A stretch of 64,000 bases of DNA from Desulfurivibrionaceae bacterium (GCA_030145325.1 JAQYVW010000002.1:5619-69618), one strand, 5' to 3'; positions 53,712 to 63,229 are shown, counted from the stretch's first letter. Notes: generated by a model from the letters alone, not told the origin. A program made the numbers and translations.

Positions 53712-55442
53712 GTGAATTCTCTCCTGCTGGCGGTGTTTTGTTTCTGTTTTTATCTTCTTGCCTACCATACCTATGGCCGCTTTCTTGCCGCCCGGATCTT
53801 TGGTCTTGATGACCAGCGTCTAACTCCGGCGCATCGTTTGCGAGATGATGTTGACTTTGTTCCCACCGATAAGGATGTGTTGTTCGGTCATCATTTCACC
53901 TCCATCTCTGGAACCGGCCCCATTGTCGGCCCGGCCATCGGCGTGATCTGGGGTTGGTTGCCTGCTTTGCTTTGGGTGTTGCTGGGGCCAGTGTTGATCG
54001 GGGCGGTGCATGATTTCGGGGCTTTAGTGGTTTCCATTAGAAACGATGGTCGTTCCATTGCCGAAGTGATCGGCAAGACGGTTTCCGCCCAGGTGCGCAC
54101 TCTTTTCTTCGTAATTATTTTCTTTGAACTGTGGATTGTCATCGCCATTTTCGCCTTAATCATTGCGGTTCTTTTCAACCTCTATCCCAACTCGGTGTTG
54201 GCGGTGTGGATTGAGGTGCCGATTGCTCTTTGGGTTGGTTACCGGGTACGCAGGAAGGGCGGTAATCTGCTGGGGTTATCCATTGTCGGCGTTATTTTGA
54301 TGTACGGAGCGGTGTTTGTTGGTTCTTACCTGCCCTTGAAGATGCCGGGGGTGTTGGGATTAAGCCCGGTGATGGTTTGGATGCTGGTTTTATTTCTCTA
54401 TGCCGGGATCGCTTCGGTTTTGCCGGTGGATCAGCTCTTACAGCCCCGTGATTATCTCAATTCACACCAGTTGCTCATCGCCATGGGGCTGTTGGCAACG
54501 GGAGTGGCGGTGGCGCAACCGGTCATTGTTGCCCCGGCCTATGTGCCGCATCCAGAAGGTGCGCCCGCCCTGTTCCCTTTCCTCTTTGTCATCATCGCTT
54601 GCGGCGCGGTTTCCGGTTTTCACGCCATGGTTAGTTCCGGCACGACCTCCAAGCAACTTAACCGGGAGTCGGACGCGCTTTTTATTGGTTACGGATCCAT
54701 GCTTTTTGAGGGTGGACTGGCTGTACTGGTGCTCATCGCCTGCACCGCCGGGATCGGGATGGGGATTAAGGGTCATGATGGTCTCTTGCTCACCGGCAGC
54801 AGCGCGTTTTTTGATCATTACGGAACGTGGTCTTCGGCCAATGGTTTGGGGGCCAAACTTAGCGCCTTTGTCGAAGGTGCCGCCAACATGATTACCACGG
54901 TGGGCCTTGATCGGGCGGTGGCCGTGACCATAATGGGAGTATTTGTCGTCTCCTTTGCCGCCACCACCCTTGACACCGCCACCCGTATCCAACGTTACGT
55001 AGTGGCAGAACTGGCCGAAGGGGCTGGGCTGCCACAGTTTGGCAACCGTTGGGTTGCTACTCTGTTGGCAGTTGCCAGTGCCATGGCGTTGGCTTTTTAT
55101 TCCGGGGATGGCAAGGGGGCTATGGCCCTGTGGCCGATATTTGGGGCGATCAATCAGTTGTTGGCAAGCCTTGCCCTGCTGGCATTGATCTCCTATCTCG
55201 TTGTTCATCAGCGCTCGGTGTGGATTGCTTTGCCGCCGCTGCTCTTCATGGTGGTGATCACGGTCTGGGCCATGGTCGCCAATGGTAAACGTTTGTGGGT
55301 GGCGGGGGATTTCCTGCTGGCGGCTTTGAGTGCCTTGATTCTGCTCTTGCAGGGCTGGATGCTGCTTGAGACCTTGCTGGTGTTGCGACAGCGGCTGGTA
55401 AAACCGGCCCCGGATGAGTTATCTCCAGTGGGAGAAGGATGA
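53712..55442 (+). CDS. cstA: Carbon starvation protein A (peptide/pyruvate transporter family)
   Basis: GTG start. DFVPTDKDVLFGHHFTSISGTGPIVGPAIG...AVHDFGALVVSIRNDGRSIAEVI closely parallels the E. coli CstA N-terminal region. The protein is polytopic. Confidence 0.85.
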   Translation: MNSLLLAVFCFCFYLLAYHTYGRFLAARIFGLDDQRLTPAHRLRDDVDFVPTDKDVLFGHHFTSISGTGPIVGPAIGVIWGWLPALLWVLLGPVLIGAVHDFGALVVSIRNDGRSIAEVIGKTVSAQVRTLFFVIIFFELWIVIAIFALIIAVLFNLYPNSVLAVWIEVPIALWVGYRVRRKGGNLLGLSIVGVILMYGAVFVGSYLPLKMPGVLGLSPVMVWMLVLFLYAGIASVLPVDQLLQPRDYLNSHQLLIAMGLLATGVAVAQPVIVAPAYVPHPEGAPALFPFLFVIIACGAVSGFHAMVSSGTTSKQLNRESDALFIGYGSMLFEGGLAVLVLIACTAGIGMGIKGHDGLLLTGSSAFFDHYGTWSSANGLGAKLSAFVEGAANMITTVGLDRAVAVTIMGVFVVSFAATTLDTATRIQRYVVAELAEGAGLPQFGNRWVATLLAVASAMALAFYSGDGKGAMALWPIFGAINQLLASLALLALISYLVVHQRSVWIALPPLLFMVVITVWAMVANGKRLWVAGDFLLAALSALILLLQGWMLLETLLVLRQRLVKPAPDELSPVGEG

Positions 55443-55447
55443 TAAGT

Positions 55448-55732
55448 TTAGGACTCTATTGTTTGCTCATCTTCGGCTATTTTTCGTTCAAACTCATCCA
55501 GCAGGTGGTGGTAGTGGACACTTTTTTTGCATTCGCTGAGCGCGCGGGCGGAGATAACCAGGTGAATGAGTAATATCAGGGTGATGAGGGCGGTTAGGTC
55601 GCGCAGATGGAGGAGGGTATACAGGCAGTTGCCCACCAAGCTGACCAGAACGATGATTCTTATCGGCAGGACAATTCTTTTGGGCAGAATGCTGCGCGGC
55701 TGGCATCGGGGAGGTTCATAGCAGCAGCCCAT
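55448..55732 (-). CDS. Small membrane protein, hypothetical
   Basis: Two hydrophobic segments (IVLPIRIIVLVSLVGNCLYTLL, LTALITLILLIHLVISA). It lies 3 nt downstream of the DUF4126-like gene. No motif is recognised. Confidence 0.4.
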   Translation of the reverse strand: MGCCYEPPRCQPRSILPKRIVLPIRIIVLVSLVGNCLYTLLHLRDLTALITLILLIHLVISARALSECKKSVHYHHLLDEFERKIAEDEQTIES

Positions 55733-55735
55733 TCT

Positions 55736-56374
55736 TCATACCTGCGGGGAAGTGTTGTCGACATTGCCCTTGCTGCCGAACAGCCTGAAAATGAAGCGAA
55801 AGATCTTCCTTACCCCGCGCCAGATCTTGGGCAGTAGCCAGATCATTATTAGGATGAAGAGGGTGAGGAAGGTAAGGAATACCCAAGGCGAATGGAGCGC
55901 GGTCCACAGTCCACCAAGCACGGCCACGTCTTCAAGGAGGGAGGCGATCCAGTTGCTGAATGGTTCGGGGGAGGTGTTGATCATTGCCCGACTGCCTGCC
56001 TTGGTGGCGTGACTGCCGGCGGCAAGGCCACCGCCCAGGAGCCCGGCTGAAAGAGCCAGGGCCGGATTTACCTCTCCCACTGCCCCGGCGGCCAGCATGG
56101 CCCCGGCCGGGATGCGGATAAAGGTGTGGATGGTGTCCCAGCCGGTGTCGACCCCAGGAATCTTATCGGCGACAAATTCCACCGCATACATGATCCCAGC
56201 GGCACCGATAACCAAAGGATTAGATAAAATTGCCAGGGTTTCCGGGAGGACGATGTTGCCGGTGAGTTGCAATACCCCCAGCACCAGAATGGTGGCGTAG
56301 AGGTTGAGGCCGCTGGCCCAGGCCGTGCCCATGGTGAGGGAGAGGGTTTTGATTATCTGGTCAAGTTCGCTCAT
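55736..56374 (-). CDS. DUF4126-like integral membrane protein
   Basis: Gly/Ala-rich TM helices (GTAWASGLNLYATILVLGVL, AGAMLAAGAVGEV, LSAGLLGGGLAAGSHATKAG) are typical of that family. Confidence 0.6.
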   Translation of the reverse strand: MSELDQIIKTLSLTMGTAWASGLNLYATILVLGVLQLTGNIVLPETLAILSNPLVIGAAGIMYAVEFVADKIPGVDTGWDTIHTFIRIPAGAMLAAGAVGEVNPALALSAGLLGGGLAAGSHATKAGSRAMINTSPEPFSNWIASLLEDVAVLGGLWTALHSPWVFLTFLTLFILIMIWLLPKIWRGVRKIFRFIFRLFGSKGNVDNTSPQV

Positions 56375-56476
56375 GATTACACCCGGTGGCTTGGTTACCC
56401 AGAGGTTTTGGTGGTGAAAGTTGTTTCATTATACACCACCGGCCTTGGGTGGGAAATTTTTTGCAGTGGGGGTAGA

Positions 56477-57079
56477 TCAAATCACCGCCAGCGGAAATGC
56501 CTTCAGCCGCTGCCGTTTTTGTTTGGCTCCGGCCACCAGCAACTCAAGCTCCGCCCAGAAGGATGGGCCGTGGTTCTTTATTCTGGTGTGGAGCAGTTCG
56601 TGGAGGAGCACGTAGTCGATTAACTCGGCGGGCAGGGCCATTAGTTTCATGTTGAGACTTATATTGTTGGTGGCTGAACAGCTGCCCCAGCGGCTTTTCT
56701 GGTTGCGGATGGTTACCCGGTTGTAGGCAAAGTCGTACTTGGCGGCAAGCTCGGTCAGGCGTTGGCTTAGTTGTTGGCGGGCATTGGCTTTGTCGATGGG
56801 CGGCAACTGCTGAGCTTGGGCGGTAAGTTTAGCCTCCATTTGCTTAACTCGGGGCAGGTGGTCGGTCAGCCAGGAGAGCTTGGCGTTAAGGAAATCCTCT
56901 GCTTCTTGCCGGGAGACCCCGACGGGAATGGCAAGGCGGATGCCCTTGAAAGGGCGGATGGAGAGAATAAGCCTTTTGGCGCGACCACTGGGGGCCATAA
57001 GTACTGAGCCGACGCCAGCCACTTCGATGGTGAAAGGTTGGCGAGGGGGGGCTGAACGTAGCAGGTATTTCATGGTCAC
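56477..57079 (-). CDS. YgjP/DUF45-type (M48-like) metal-dependent hydrolase
   Basis: SRWGSCSATNNISLNMKL...IDYVLLHELLHTRIKNHGPSFW carries the HExxH-type motif in the characteristic context. Confidence 0.75.
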   Translation of the reverse strand: MTMKYLLRSAPPRQPFTIEVAGVGSVLMAPSGRAKRLILSIRPFKGIRLAIPVGVSRQEAEDFLNAKLSWLTDHLPRVKQMEAKLTAQAQQLPPIDKANARQQLSQRLTELAAKYDFAYNRVTIRNQKSRWGSCSATNNISLNMKLMALPAELIDYVLLHELLHTRIKNHGPSFWAELELLVAGAKQKRQRLKAFPLAVI

Positions 57080-57124
57080 GGATCGAGAATCATTTCTGAC
57101 TCCTGGAATTGGTTGCCGAGGCGG

Positions 57125-57177
57125 AAGGCGGCATCTGGTTGATAAGCAACTGGATGCCGCCTTGTTTATCTTTTTTT
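57125..57177 (+). terminator. Plus-strand-oriented hairpin plus T-tract in a minus-strand intergenic region
   Basis: An 11-bp stem (aaggcggcatc / gatgccgcctt) with a 17-nt loop, followed by gtttatcttttttt. No plus-strand gene is upstream, so its function is unclear. Confidence 0.35.
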
Positions 57178-57339
57178 ATGGTAACTACTCACGGGGGTGT
57201 GGTTAATTCTCCCAATATGAGCGTAATTTTAACTGTTTGCAGGGTGCCGGAGATGAAAGGCATCGTTCTGCGAAACATACATTGGTATGTGAGCAGGGCG
57301 ATAACGCGGCAGATTCGGTACCCTGTGAGCAGTTACTTT

Positions 57340-58986
57340 TTATGAGCGTAATGAGTGCAGAAGCTCAAGGGCATTGTCGCCGTCTTCCGGAAAGGTTGCG
57401 GTTTTGATCCGCAGTTCCAGGTTGGTGTCCAGTTGTTGCACCGCTGTATTGATTACTTCCGGAGCCTCCATACTATCATGCATGGGGAGAAGAATCGCCA
57501 CCGTATACAGACCGATACGGCTGCATTCATGAACCACGGAGATGTTTTTCGAGATGTCCACCGCCAGTTGTTGCACTTCATCTGAGGCTTCTTGAGCGCC
57601 CTTTTCTCCACAGATGTTGTTATAGTCCTTGATGCTGATCAATGCCAAGGAGAGGCTGCCGAAGTAATCGCGCATCTTGCTAATCTCGTCCTCAATGGTG
57701 GTGGTGAAGGCGTTGAAAGGACCTGCCTGCATGTCTTGCTTCGCCGCCTGATTCAGGCCGATTTGAAAATGCGGGGCCAGTGAGGTCGCAATGATGGCAA
57801 AGGATTTTTGTAGTTCTTCGTTGTCGATTTCCATGTCGGTTACGGCATGGACGGTGATTACGCCCACGGTGTTGCCGGAAGCTTTCAGGGGGACGACCAT
57901 GAACTCTTCCAGATCGTCGCAGCCGTTGGCAATGAAGGTTGCGCCCTGGTCGATGGTTTCACGTTGTTTGCTCAAGCAAGAGATGATGGTCGAGGACTTT
58001 GTCGGCTCCAAACCGTAAGTGCCTCGTTCCTGGATGGCGCCAGCGCCGTCCACCGCGAAGATCGCACATTCCTGCACATGGAAACCAAGGCTCAGCGCTT
58101 TTAAGATCAGGTCGACATTGTCGTTGATGGAATCACTCTTGTTGAGAATTTCACTGACATTAAAGAGAGCCATCAGTTCTTCCATCTGGGTTTTGATTCG
58201 TTGATTGCGCGCTTCAATGGTGTTCATCAGAGAATCGTAGGTGCTGTTGAGAATATCGATTTCGTCCTTGCCGTGCACCACGGTGTCGGCATTAGCTTCC
58301 TCGTCGCCGGCATACTGCATCTTCATTAACAGCTTGCGCAGTGGCTTCTTGACAAGAATATTGCCCAACAGAAAGCAGAGGATGATGGACGAGAGTAAGG
58401 TTGCCACTGCCGAGAAAATCAGCAATTTCCGGTTGTCGATGACCATCTTGTCGATGTCGTCGGTGGTGAAATCCACCATCAGCTTGCCCAGGACGTCGGT
58501 TTCCGGGTCGTGGCATTGGTGACAGCGTTCTTTGTTATGGATGGGGTTGACGTTGCGGAGAACCCGCGAGCCATTTTCGTCGGTGAAAAAGACGGTGAGG
58601 TTTTGCTGACTCAGCTGTGCTTTCTCATGGCAGATGCGGCAACTTTCCGCTGACTGGTCAAGCTGGACGTCGATGTCGTCATGGTCCTTGGCGTATTTTA
58701 CCGTGGCGTCCAGATCGATAATCTTGATGTCGCGGACCATGCTTTCTTTACCCACCGAGTCGATGATGAGTTGAAGTCCTTCGCCCTCATCGCCCAGCAT
58801 GGCATTCTCTAAGCTGCTCTTAATGGCGCTGCTGACCTTCGATGCTTCGCCGGTGGCGAGGTTCAGTAGCCGTTTTTCCGATAGTTTAACGCTGGCATTG
58901 GAAAAAAGGCTTATTACCGCAAACAGGCCGATGGTCATGGCCACGGCCATTTTGAAGCCGATACTGAACTTTACTTTCATTTTCAT
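57340..58986 (-). CDS. Membrane sensor: periplasmic di-heme c domain, TM, GAF domain, and a degenerate GGDEF-like domain
   Basis: TM1 is AVAMTIGLFAVISLF. Two CXXCH motifs in the periplasmic loop are CRICH and CHQCH. TM2 is LLIFSAVATLLSSIILCFLLGNILV. GAF-like: FHVQECAIFAVD...FMVVPLKASGNTVGVITVHA. The C-terminus LSLALISIKDYNNICGEKGAQEASDEVQQLAVDI...CSRIGLYTVAILLP shows GGDEF-fold spacing but has IGLYT in place of GGDEF. Confidence 0.7.
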   Translation of the reverse strand: MKMKVKFSIGFKMAVAMTIGLFAVISLFSNASVKLSEKRLLNLATGEASKVSSAIKSSLENAMLGDEGEGLQLIIDSVGKESMVRDIKIIDLDATVKYAKDHDDIDVQLDQSAESCRICHEKAQLSQQNLTVFFTDENGSRVLRNVNPIHNKERCHQCHDPETDVLGKLMVDFTTDDIDKMVIDNRKLLIFSAVATLLSSIILCFLLGNILVKKPLRKLLMKMQYAGDEEANADTVVHGKDEIDILNSTYDSLMNTIEARNQRIKTQMEELMALFNVSEILNKSDSINDNVDLILKALSLGFHVQECAIFAVDGAGAIQERGTYGLEPTKSSTIISCLSKQRETIDQGATFIANGCDDLEEFMVVPLKASGNTVGVITVHAVTDMEIDNEELQKSFAIIATSLAPHFQIGLNQAAKQDMQAGPFNAFTTTIEDEISKMRDYFGSLSLALISIKDYNNICGEKGAQEASDEVQQLAVDISKNISVVHECSRIGLYTVAILLPMHDSMEAPEVINTAVQQLDTNLELRIKTATFPEDGDNALELLHSLRS

Positions 58987-59060
58987 GGGTACTGTTCTCC
59001 TGGCTCAGGCGATATCTCGCTTGGCGAAGGTTTTGCACGATGAGGATGGACAAGCTATTT

Positions 59061-59203
59061 AGTGCCTGTCCATAAATGGTCTTTTTGCCGTATCTCTGCG
59101 TCATGCTCAAAAAATAATGCTCGGAATATCATGTATATGCCTGTGCTTATTTTTTTCGCAGTCCTTAATCTACGACAAAAATCCTCATTTATGGACAGAC
59201 ACC
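59061..59203. repeat. MITE-like element, full-length copy B (about 142 bp) with 17-bp terminal inverted repeats
   Basis: The left end is gtgcctgtccataaatg, and the reverse complement of the right end is gtgtctgtccataaatg (16 of 17 identical). The interior is AT-rich and non-coding. It is intergenic between the heme sensor and the FapA-like gene. Confidence 0.7.
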
Positions 59204-59237
59204 ATTTAGAAATGTTGGTGTAAGCAGCTTGACAACA

Positions 59238-60287
59238 TTATTCTCCTAACTGGGCGCTTTCGATCTTCATATTTTGTACGAAAAAGGCAGTTTTGTCCAC
59301 TGGCGCAGTAAGTACCCGGTTGCAGTTTTCGATGGTGATTTTTGTTTTCGGGTGACCCTGCTTGGTGATAATGATCCGGTTGCTACCCAACGCTTCAGTG
59401 ATTTTTTTTCTGACTACTTCCTTGTGGCTCTGGCCCGAAATAATTTCTCCGGCAACCTCTCTGAACCGCTTAATATCCATGGCCATCTGCACTTTATCTT
59501 CATAAGGAAGGGTTTCGATATTCTTCCCAAGTTTTTTTACCAGGTCGATGGTGTTTTGTAGCCGGTGTTGTTCTCCTTGCAAGTTAATGTGGTTTTTATC
59601 GATGGCAAGGAGTTCTTGGAAAAGGGCGCGACACTCTTTCGGTTTGACCAGAAGCTGGCAGGGGGATTGGCCATCCCCACATTCTTTAACCCTGATTCTG
59701 GTTTGACTGTAGATCTTCGAGTTGGTGACCGTGCCTTCAATGCGGAGACGACCTTTGGCGGCAATGGTACTGTCGGTGACGTCGCCGTCGATGACCACAT
59801 CACCAATGCAGCGAATGTCCACCGAGGAGAACGGTTCAATGGAGGTATTTTTGATGGTGACGCGATCGGCGGCACTGAGGATGATGTGTTTGTCGCTGGA
59901 ACCTTGAATCTTACCGACGATAACCACTTCTCCCTTGGCGCTAGTGATGTTGCAGCCAGGGTCGATGTTGCCGTTGATGGTGACGGTTTCCCCAGCTTCG
60001 ATTTTGGTTTCTGGCGGTACATCACAGCAGAGTTCCACTGCCCCATTAAAGGTTATGTCTTCCGTTATCTCTGATGGGGCCAGGGTTTCTCCCGGTTTGC
60101 CGAGGTAACCATCCGGAGTGACGACGGTCACGTCGGTAATGCCCCGTTCTTTGAGCCTTTGCACGAATGTGCTTGAAAGTTCCACGCCGCGAGCAATAAT
60201 GGGCAGTTCGCCGCCGAATTCATGGTCGAAGATGTCGGCAGCCACTACCATGCCGTTGCTTATTTTGTCTAAGGAAACTTTTCTCAT
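59238..60287 (-). CDS. FapA-like (DUF342) protein
   Basis: The central beta-helix has periodic G-[DN]-[IV] turns (INGNIDPGCNITSAKGEVVIVGKIQG, IRCIGDVVIDGDVTDSTIAAKGRLRIEGTVTNSKIYS). A C-terminal coiled-coil follows (LFQELLAIDKNHINLQGEQHRLQNTIDLVKKL). Confidence 0.65.
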   Translation of the reverse strand: MRKVSLDKISNGMVVAADIFDHEFGGELPIIARGVELSSTFVQRLKERGITDVTVVTPDGYLGKPGETLAPSEITEDITFNGAVELCCDVPPETKIEAGETVTINGNIDPGCNITSAKGEVVIVGKIQGSSDKHIILSAADRVTIKNTSIEPFSSVDIRCIGDVVIDGDVTDSTIAAKGRLRIEGTVTNSKIYSQTRIRVKECGDGQSPCQLLVKPKECRALFQELLAIDKNHINLQGEQHRLQNTIDLVKKLGKNIETLPYEDKVQMAMDIKRFREVAGEIISGQSHKEVVRKKITEALGSNRIIITKQGHPKTKITIENCNRVLTAPVDKTAFFVQNMKIESAQLGE

Positions 60288-60710
60288 AATTACTGGTTAA
60301 GATCCTGGTTGACGTGTGGAAGGCTAAGGGCCTGGATATCTTTGTGCAGTGGGGACCTAAGCCGTCTTTATTTCTAAACGGCGGTTGCGATAAGATACTT
60401 AAGATAATTTTAAAATGCTGTTGTGGCAGGAAATTTTCCCAACGGCCAAAAAACCTTAATATTTCTACCCGGCATATAGGCAGTGGGCAATGATTATTCT
60501 CCAACTTTGGCAATCTGGACAAAAAAAAAGCCACTGGGCCCGTTCTGCGCAGGTTTCTAGAGACTGGTTGGAGCGGCTGGTTGCCGGATTTGTGCTTTGG
60601 CCTGTACAATTGAGAGTTGGCGATGATATATTGCCGCCTCGAGGTGGTGAGTATTTTTTCCCGAGAGCCAGCAGGGCAATGGCTGGGTGGTGATGATCAG
60701 GGGGGGGGCA

Positions 60711-61709
60711 ATGACAAGTTTTGTGGCTGGTGACCTGGGTGGAACAAAGGCTGTTCTGGCTTTATGTGAAGTCGTCGCAGATGGATATGTTGTTCTGGTT
60801 GAGCAGCGTCTGCAAAGCCAAGATTATGCCGATTTCTCTACCATGCTGGCAGAATTTTTGTCTTCGTGTCCTCAGCCGCCAGAGGTTGCGGCTTTTGGGG
60901 TTGCCGGGCCGGTGCGGGGCGATGGAGTCAGGCTTACCAATCTGGGTTGGACCATTGATCGGCAAGTTATCAAGGAGCGGTTCCACTTTAAAGAGGTGAC
61001 CTTGCTGAACGATCTCGTCGCAGTGGCCCAGGCGGTGCCAACCCTTGCCGCTCAAGAGTTGTTTACCTTTAATGCCGGACATCCAGCCCCCCACGGCAGT
61101 ATAGCAATCATGGCTCCAGGCACCGGCTTAGGTGAAGCTTATCTCTGTTGGGATGGTCACCGTTACCGACCCTATCCTTCAGAGGGGGGGCATGTGGATT
61201 TCGCCCCCACCAATGCCGAGGAAGATGGCTTGCTCCAATTCCTACGAGCCAGTCTTCCCCACGTTAGCTACGAGCAAGTCTGTTCAGGAATTGGCATTGC
61301 AAATATCTTTAACTATCTGGTTGAGGGCAAGGGGATGGATGTGGCCTCGGATCTTGCAAAAGAATTTGCTGGCGCCAAGGACAAGACGCCGTTGATCGTT
61401 GCCCATGCCCTGGCCGAAGATTGTCTGGTCTGCAGCAAAACCATAGAAATATTCCTTGCTATCCTGGCCGCCGAAGCAGGTAACTTGGCGGTGAAATTTC
61501 TCGCCACCGGCGGCATCTATTTGGGCGGGGGGATCTTGCCGCGGATTGGCAAGGCCATTGATCCGGCCCTCTTTATGGAAAAATTCATTGGCAAGGGAAG
61601 GATGGCGGGTCTTCTGGCCGAGGTGCCGGTTCACCTTATTCAGAGCAGCAACAGCGCTCTGCATGGTGCAGCTCAAGTTTGCGCGCGGTTGCTGGTGGTT
61701 GACCGGTAG
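60711..61709 (+). CDS. glk: Glucokinase
   Basis: FVAGDLGGTKAVLAL is the ATP-binding N-terminus. APGTGLGEA, GGHVDFAP and GGIYLGGGI follow. The start is probably the ATG at 60711 (MTSF). Confidence 0.8.
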   Translation: MTSFVAGDLGGTKAVLALCEVVADGYVVLVEQRLQSQDYADFSTMLAEFLSSCPQPPEVAAFGVAGPVRGDGVRLTNLGWTIDRQVIKERFHFKEVTLLNDLVAVAQAVPTLAAQELFTFNAGHPAPHGSIAIMAPGTGLGEAYLCWDGHRYRPYPSEGGHVDFAPTNAEEDGLLQFLRASLPHVSYEQVCSGIGIANIFNYLVEGKGMDVASDLAKEFAGAKDKTPLIVAHALAEDCLVCSKTIEIFLAILAAEAGNLAVKFLATGGIYLGGGILPRIGKAIDPALFMEKFIGKGRMAGLLAEVPVHLIQSSNSALHGAAQVCARLLVVDR

Positions 61710-61767
61710 GGAAAGGATAGCAGGGAGAAAGAGAGTCAGCTCGACAGAATGTGGGGTGCTGGCGCAA

Positions 61768-61806
61768 AGAGGGAGTTGAACCGAAAGGTTCGGCCCTCTT
61801 TTTTTT
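61768..61806 (+). terminator. Rho-independent terminator after glk
   Basis: agaggg-agtt-gaaccgaaaggttc-gg-ccctct followed by a run of eight T. Confidence 0.75.
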
Positions 61807-61831
61807 GTGGGCGAGGAAGGTTTGAGTCTAG

Positions 61832-61919
61832 AATGCTCGGAATATCAAATATATGCCTGTGCTTATTTTTTGAGCAGTCCTTGATCTCCGACAAAAATCC
61901 TCATTTATGGACAGACACT
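61832..61919. repeat. MITE-like element, 5'-truncated copy C (right half only)
   Basis: aatgctcggaatatcaaatatatgcctgtgcttattttttgagcagtccttgatctccgacaaaaatcctcatttatggacagacact aligns with the right two-thirds of copy B in the same orientation. The left inverted repeat is absent. Confidence 0.6.
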
Positions 61920-62137
61920 AACTAAGTTGAGATCCGTTTAAATAAACCAATATATGTTATGGTCTTCAAGGATAGGTGCTTTGGGGTCAGGATGGTGGCC
62001 AGGCCATAAGGGGGCTACTTGCTGAGAATTGGTCCATTGGGTTAAGAAACGACACCGGAAATCTCATCCTCGCTGGTCAGGATGTCAATAATTGAAGATT
62101 ATTCGTTGTAAAATCAGTTGCATCTCTAGGGGTAAGA

Positions 62138-62485
62138 ATGAAAAAGAATTTTAAATTGACCCACCCGAAGAACAAAGTTGAAAGAATTGCCGATGCCATC
62201 AAGTCTGAAGTTAGAAAATATATCAAAAGGGAACGGAATAAGACTCTTCCCGATAAAGTCGATTATTGGGATTTTGACTGTCGGTACGGTGCCGATGAAG
62301 AAAGCAGTGAGGTTATTCATGTTTCCGCCCTTAATAAATCAATTGATCACGCGGTATTAAACCAGCTTGAATCCATTTATTTGGAAATTATGGTCAAGCC
62401 GGGGATCCGCACTAAAAAACCCAAGATGGTAGAGGACGTTATGGGGGGGGATGCGGAAATCCCCAGCGCTGAGGGCGAAGAGTAG
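62138..62485 (+). CDS. Small basic hypothetical protein
   Basis: MKKNFKLTHPKNKVERIADAIKSEVRKYIKRERNKTLPDKVDYWDFDCRYG... is 115 aa and preceded by an AGGGG RBS. I cannot name a family with confidence. Confidence 0.5.
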   Translation: MKKNFKLTHPKNKVERIADAIKSEVRKYIKRERNKTLPDKVDYWDFDCRYGADEESSEVIHVSALNKSIDHAVLNQLESIYLEIMVKPGIRTKKPKMVEDVMGGDAEIPSAEGEE

Positions 62486-62554
62486 TTACGGGACCAGCCG
62501 CCTCTTTTCGGCGCGGCTCATCTTGGTTGCCACTAGCCCCTTAATGGTGATTTT

Positions 62555-63229
62555 TCAGGGCTTTTCTATGAAATCCTCCGGGGTATGGCGAACGATTTCC
62601 GCGTCCACCAGATAGATGACATCCTCGGCGATATTGGTGGCGTGATCGGCCACCCGTTCCAGGTGTCTGCCCACCGAGAGCAGGTGCAGCAGGCAGTTTG
62701 CTGACTCTGGGTGGCTCCCCAACACCTCCTTTACCTTCTCGTACATCTCCCGGTTGAGGGCGTCTACTTCATCGTCTTCTGTGCGCACTTGGTAGGCCAT
62801 TGGCACATCCAGATTAACCAGAGAGTCGATGCTGCGGGTCAGCATTTTTTCAACCTTTTCCGCCATGGCGGTGATGTTGAAGGCGAGCCCAATATCCTCC
62901 TGCCCGCTCAAGAACAGTGACCTTTCGGCGATATTGACGGCCAGATCCCCCACCCGTTCGAGATCGCTGTTGATCTTGAGCACGGCGATGATGAAGCGGA
63001 GATCGATGGCCACCGGCTGGTGGAGGGCGAGGATTTTCAGGCACTCCTCCTCAATGCTTACCTCCATCTCGTCCACTTCGAGATCTCGGGCGATGATTTC
63101 CTGGGCCATGCGGGTGTCGCGCTGCACCACGGATTTGGTGGCCAGATAGACCATGTCTTCAACCACCGCGCCCATGGTGAGCAGATCTTTTTTTAGTTTG
63201 CCTATTTCTCTTTGTAGGTGCTGTGCCAT
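62555..63229 (-). CDS. phoU: Phosphate transport system regulator PhoU
   Basis: Two PhoU repeats with the E/DxxxD signatures (DLERVGDLAVNIAE and HLERVADHATNIAEDVIY). It lies downstream of pstB. Confidence 0.9.
   Translation of the reverse strand: MAQHLQREIGKLKKDLLTMGAVVEDMVYLATKSVVQRDTRMAQEIIARDLEVDEMEVSIEEECLKILALHQPVAIDLRFIIAVLKINSDLERVGDLAVNIAERSLFLSGQEDIGLAFNITAMAEKVEKMLTRSIDSLVNLDVPMAYQVRTEDDEVDALNREMYEKVKEVLGSHPESANCLLHLLSVGRHLERVADHATNIAEDVIYLVDAEIVRHTPEDFIEKP

Noticed and set aside
57320-57339. The 13-mer gtgagcagttact recurs downstream of two minus-strand genes (57326-57338 and 52248-52260)
   Set aside because: Only the 52-kb copy is part of a hairpin and the 57-kb copy has no complementary arm. 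Two occurrences of a 13-mer cannot be distinguished from chance or a degraded repeat without a genome-wide count.
61923-62137. Intergenic region with a duplicated ggtcaggatg decamer (near 61986 and 62076), considered as a riboswitch or regulatory RNA
   Set aside because: It bears no resemblance to the riboswitch cores I can recall (c-di-GMP, SAM, TPP, cobalamin, glycine). A single short direct repeat is insufficient evidence.
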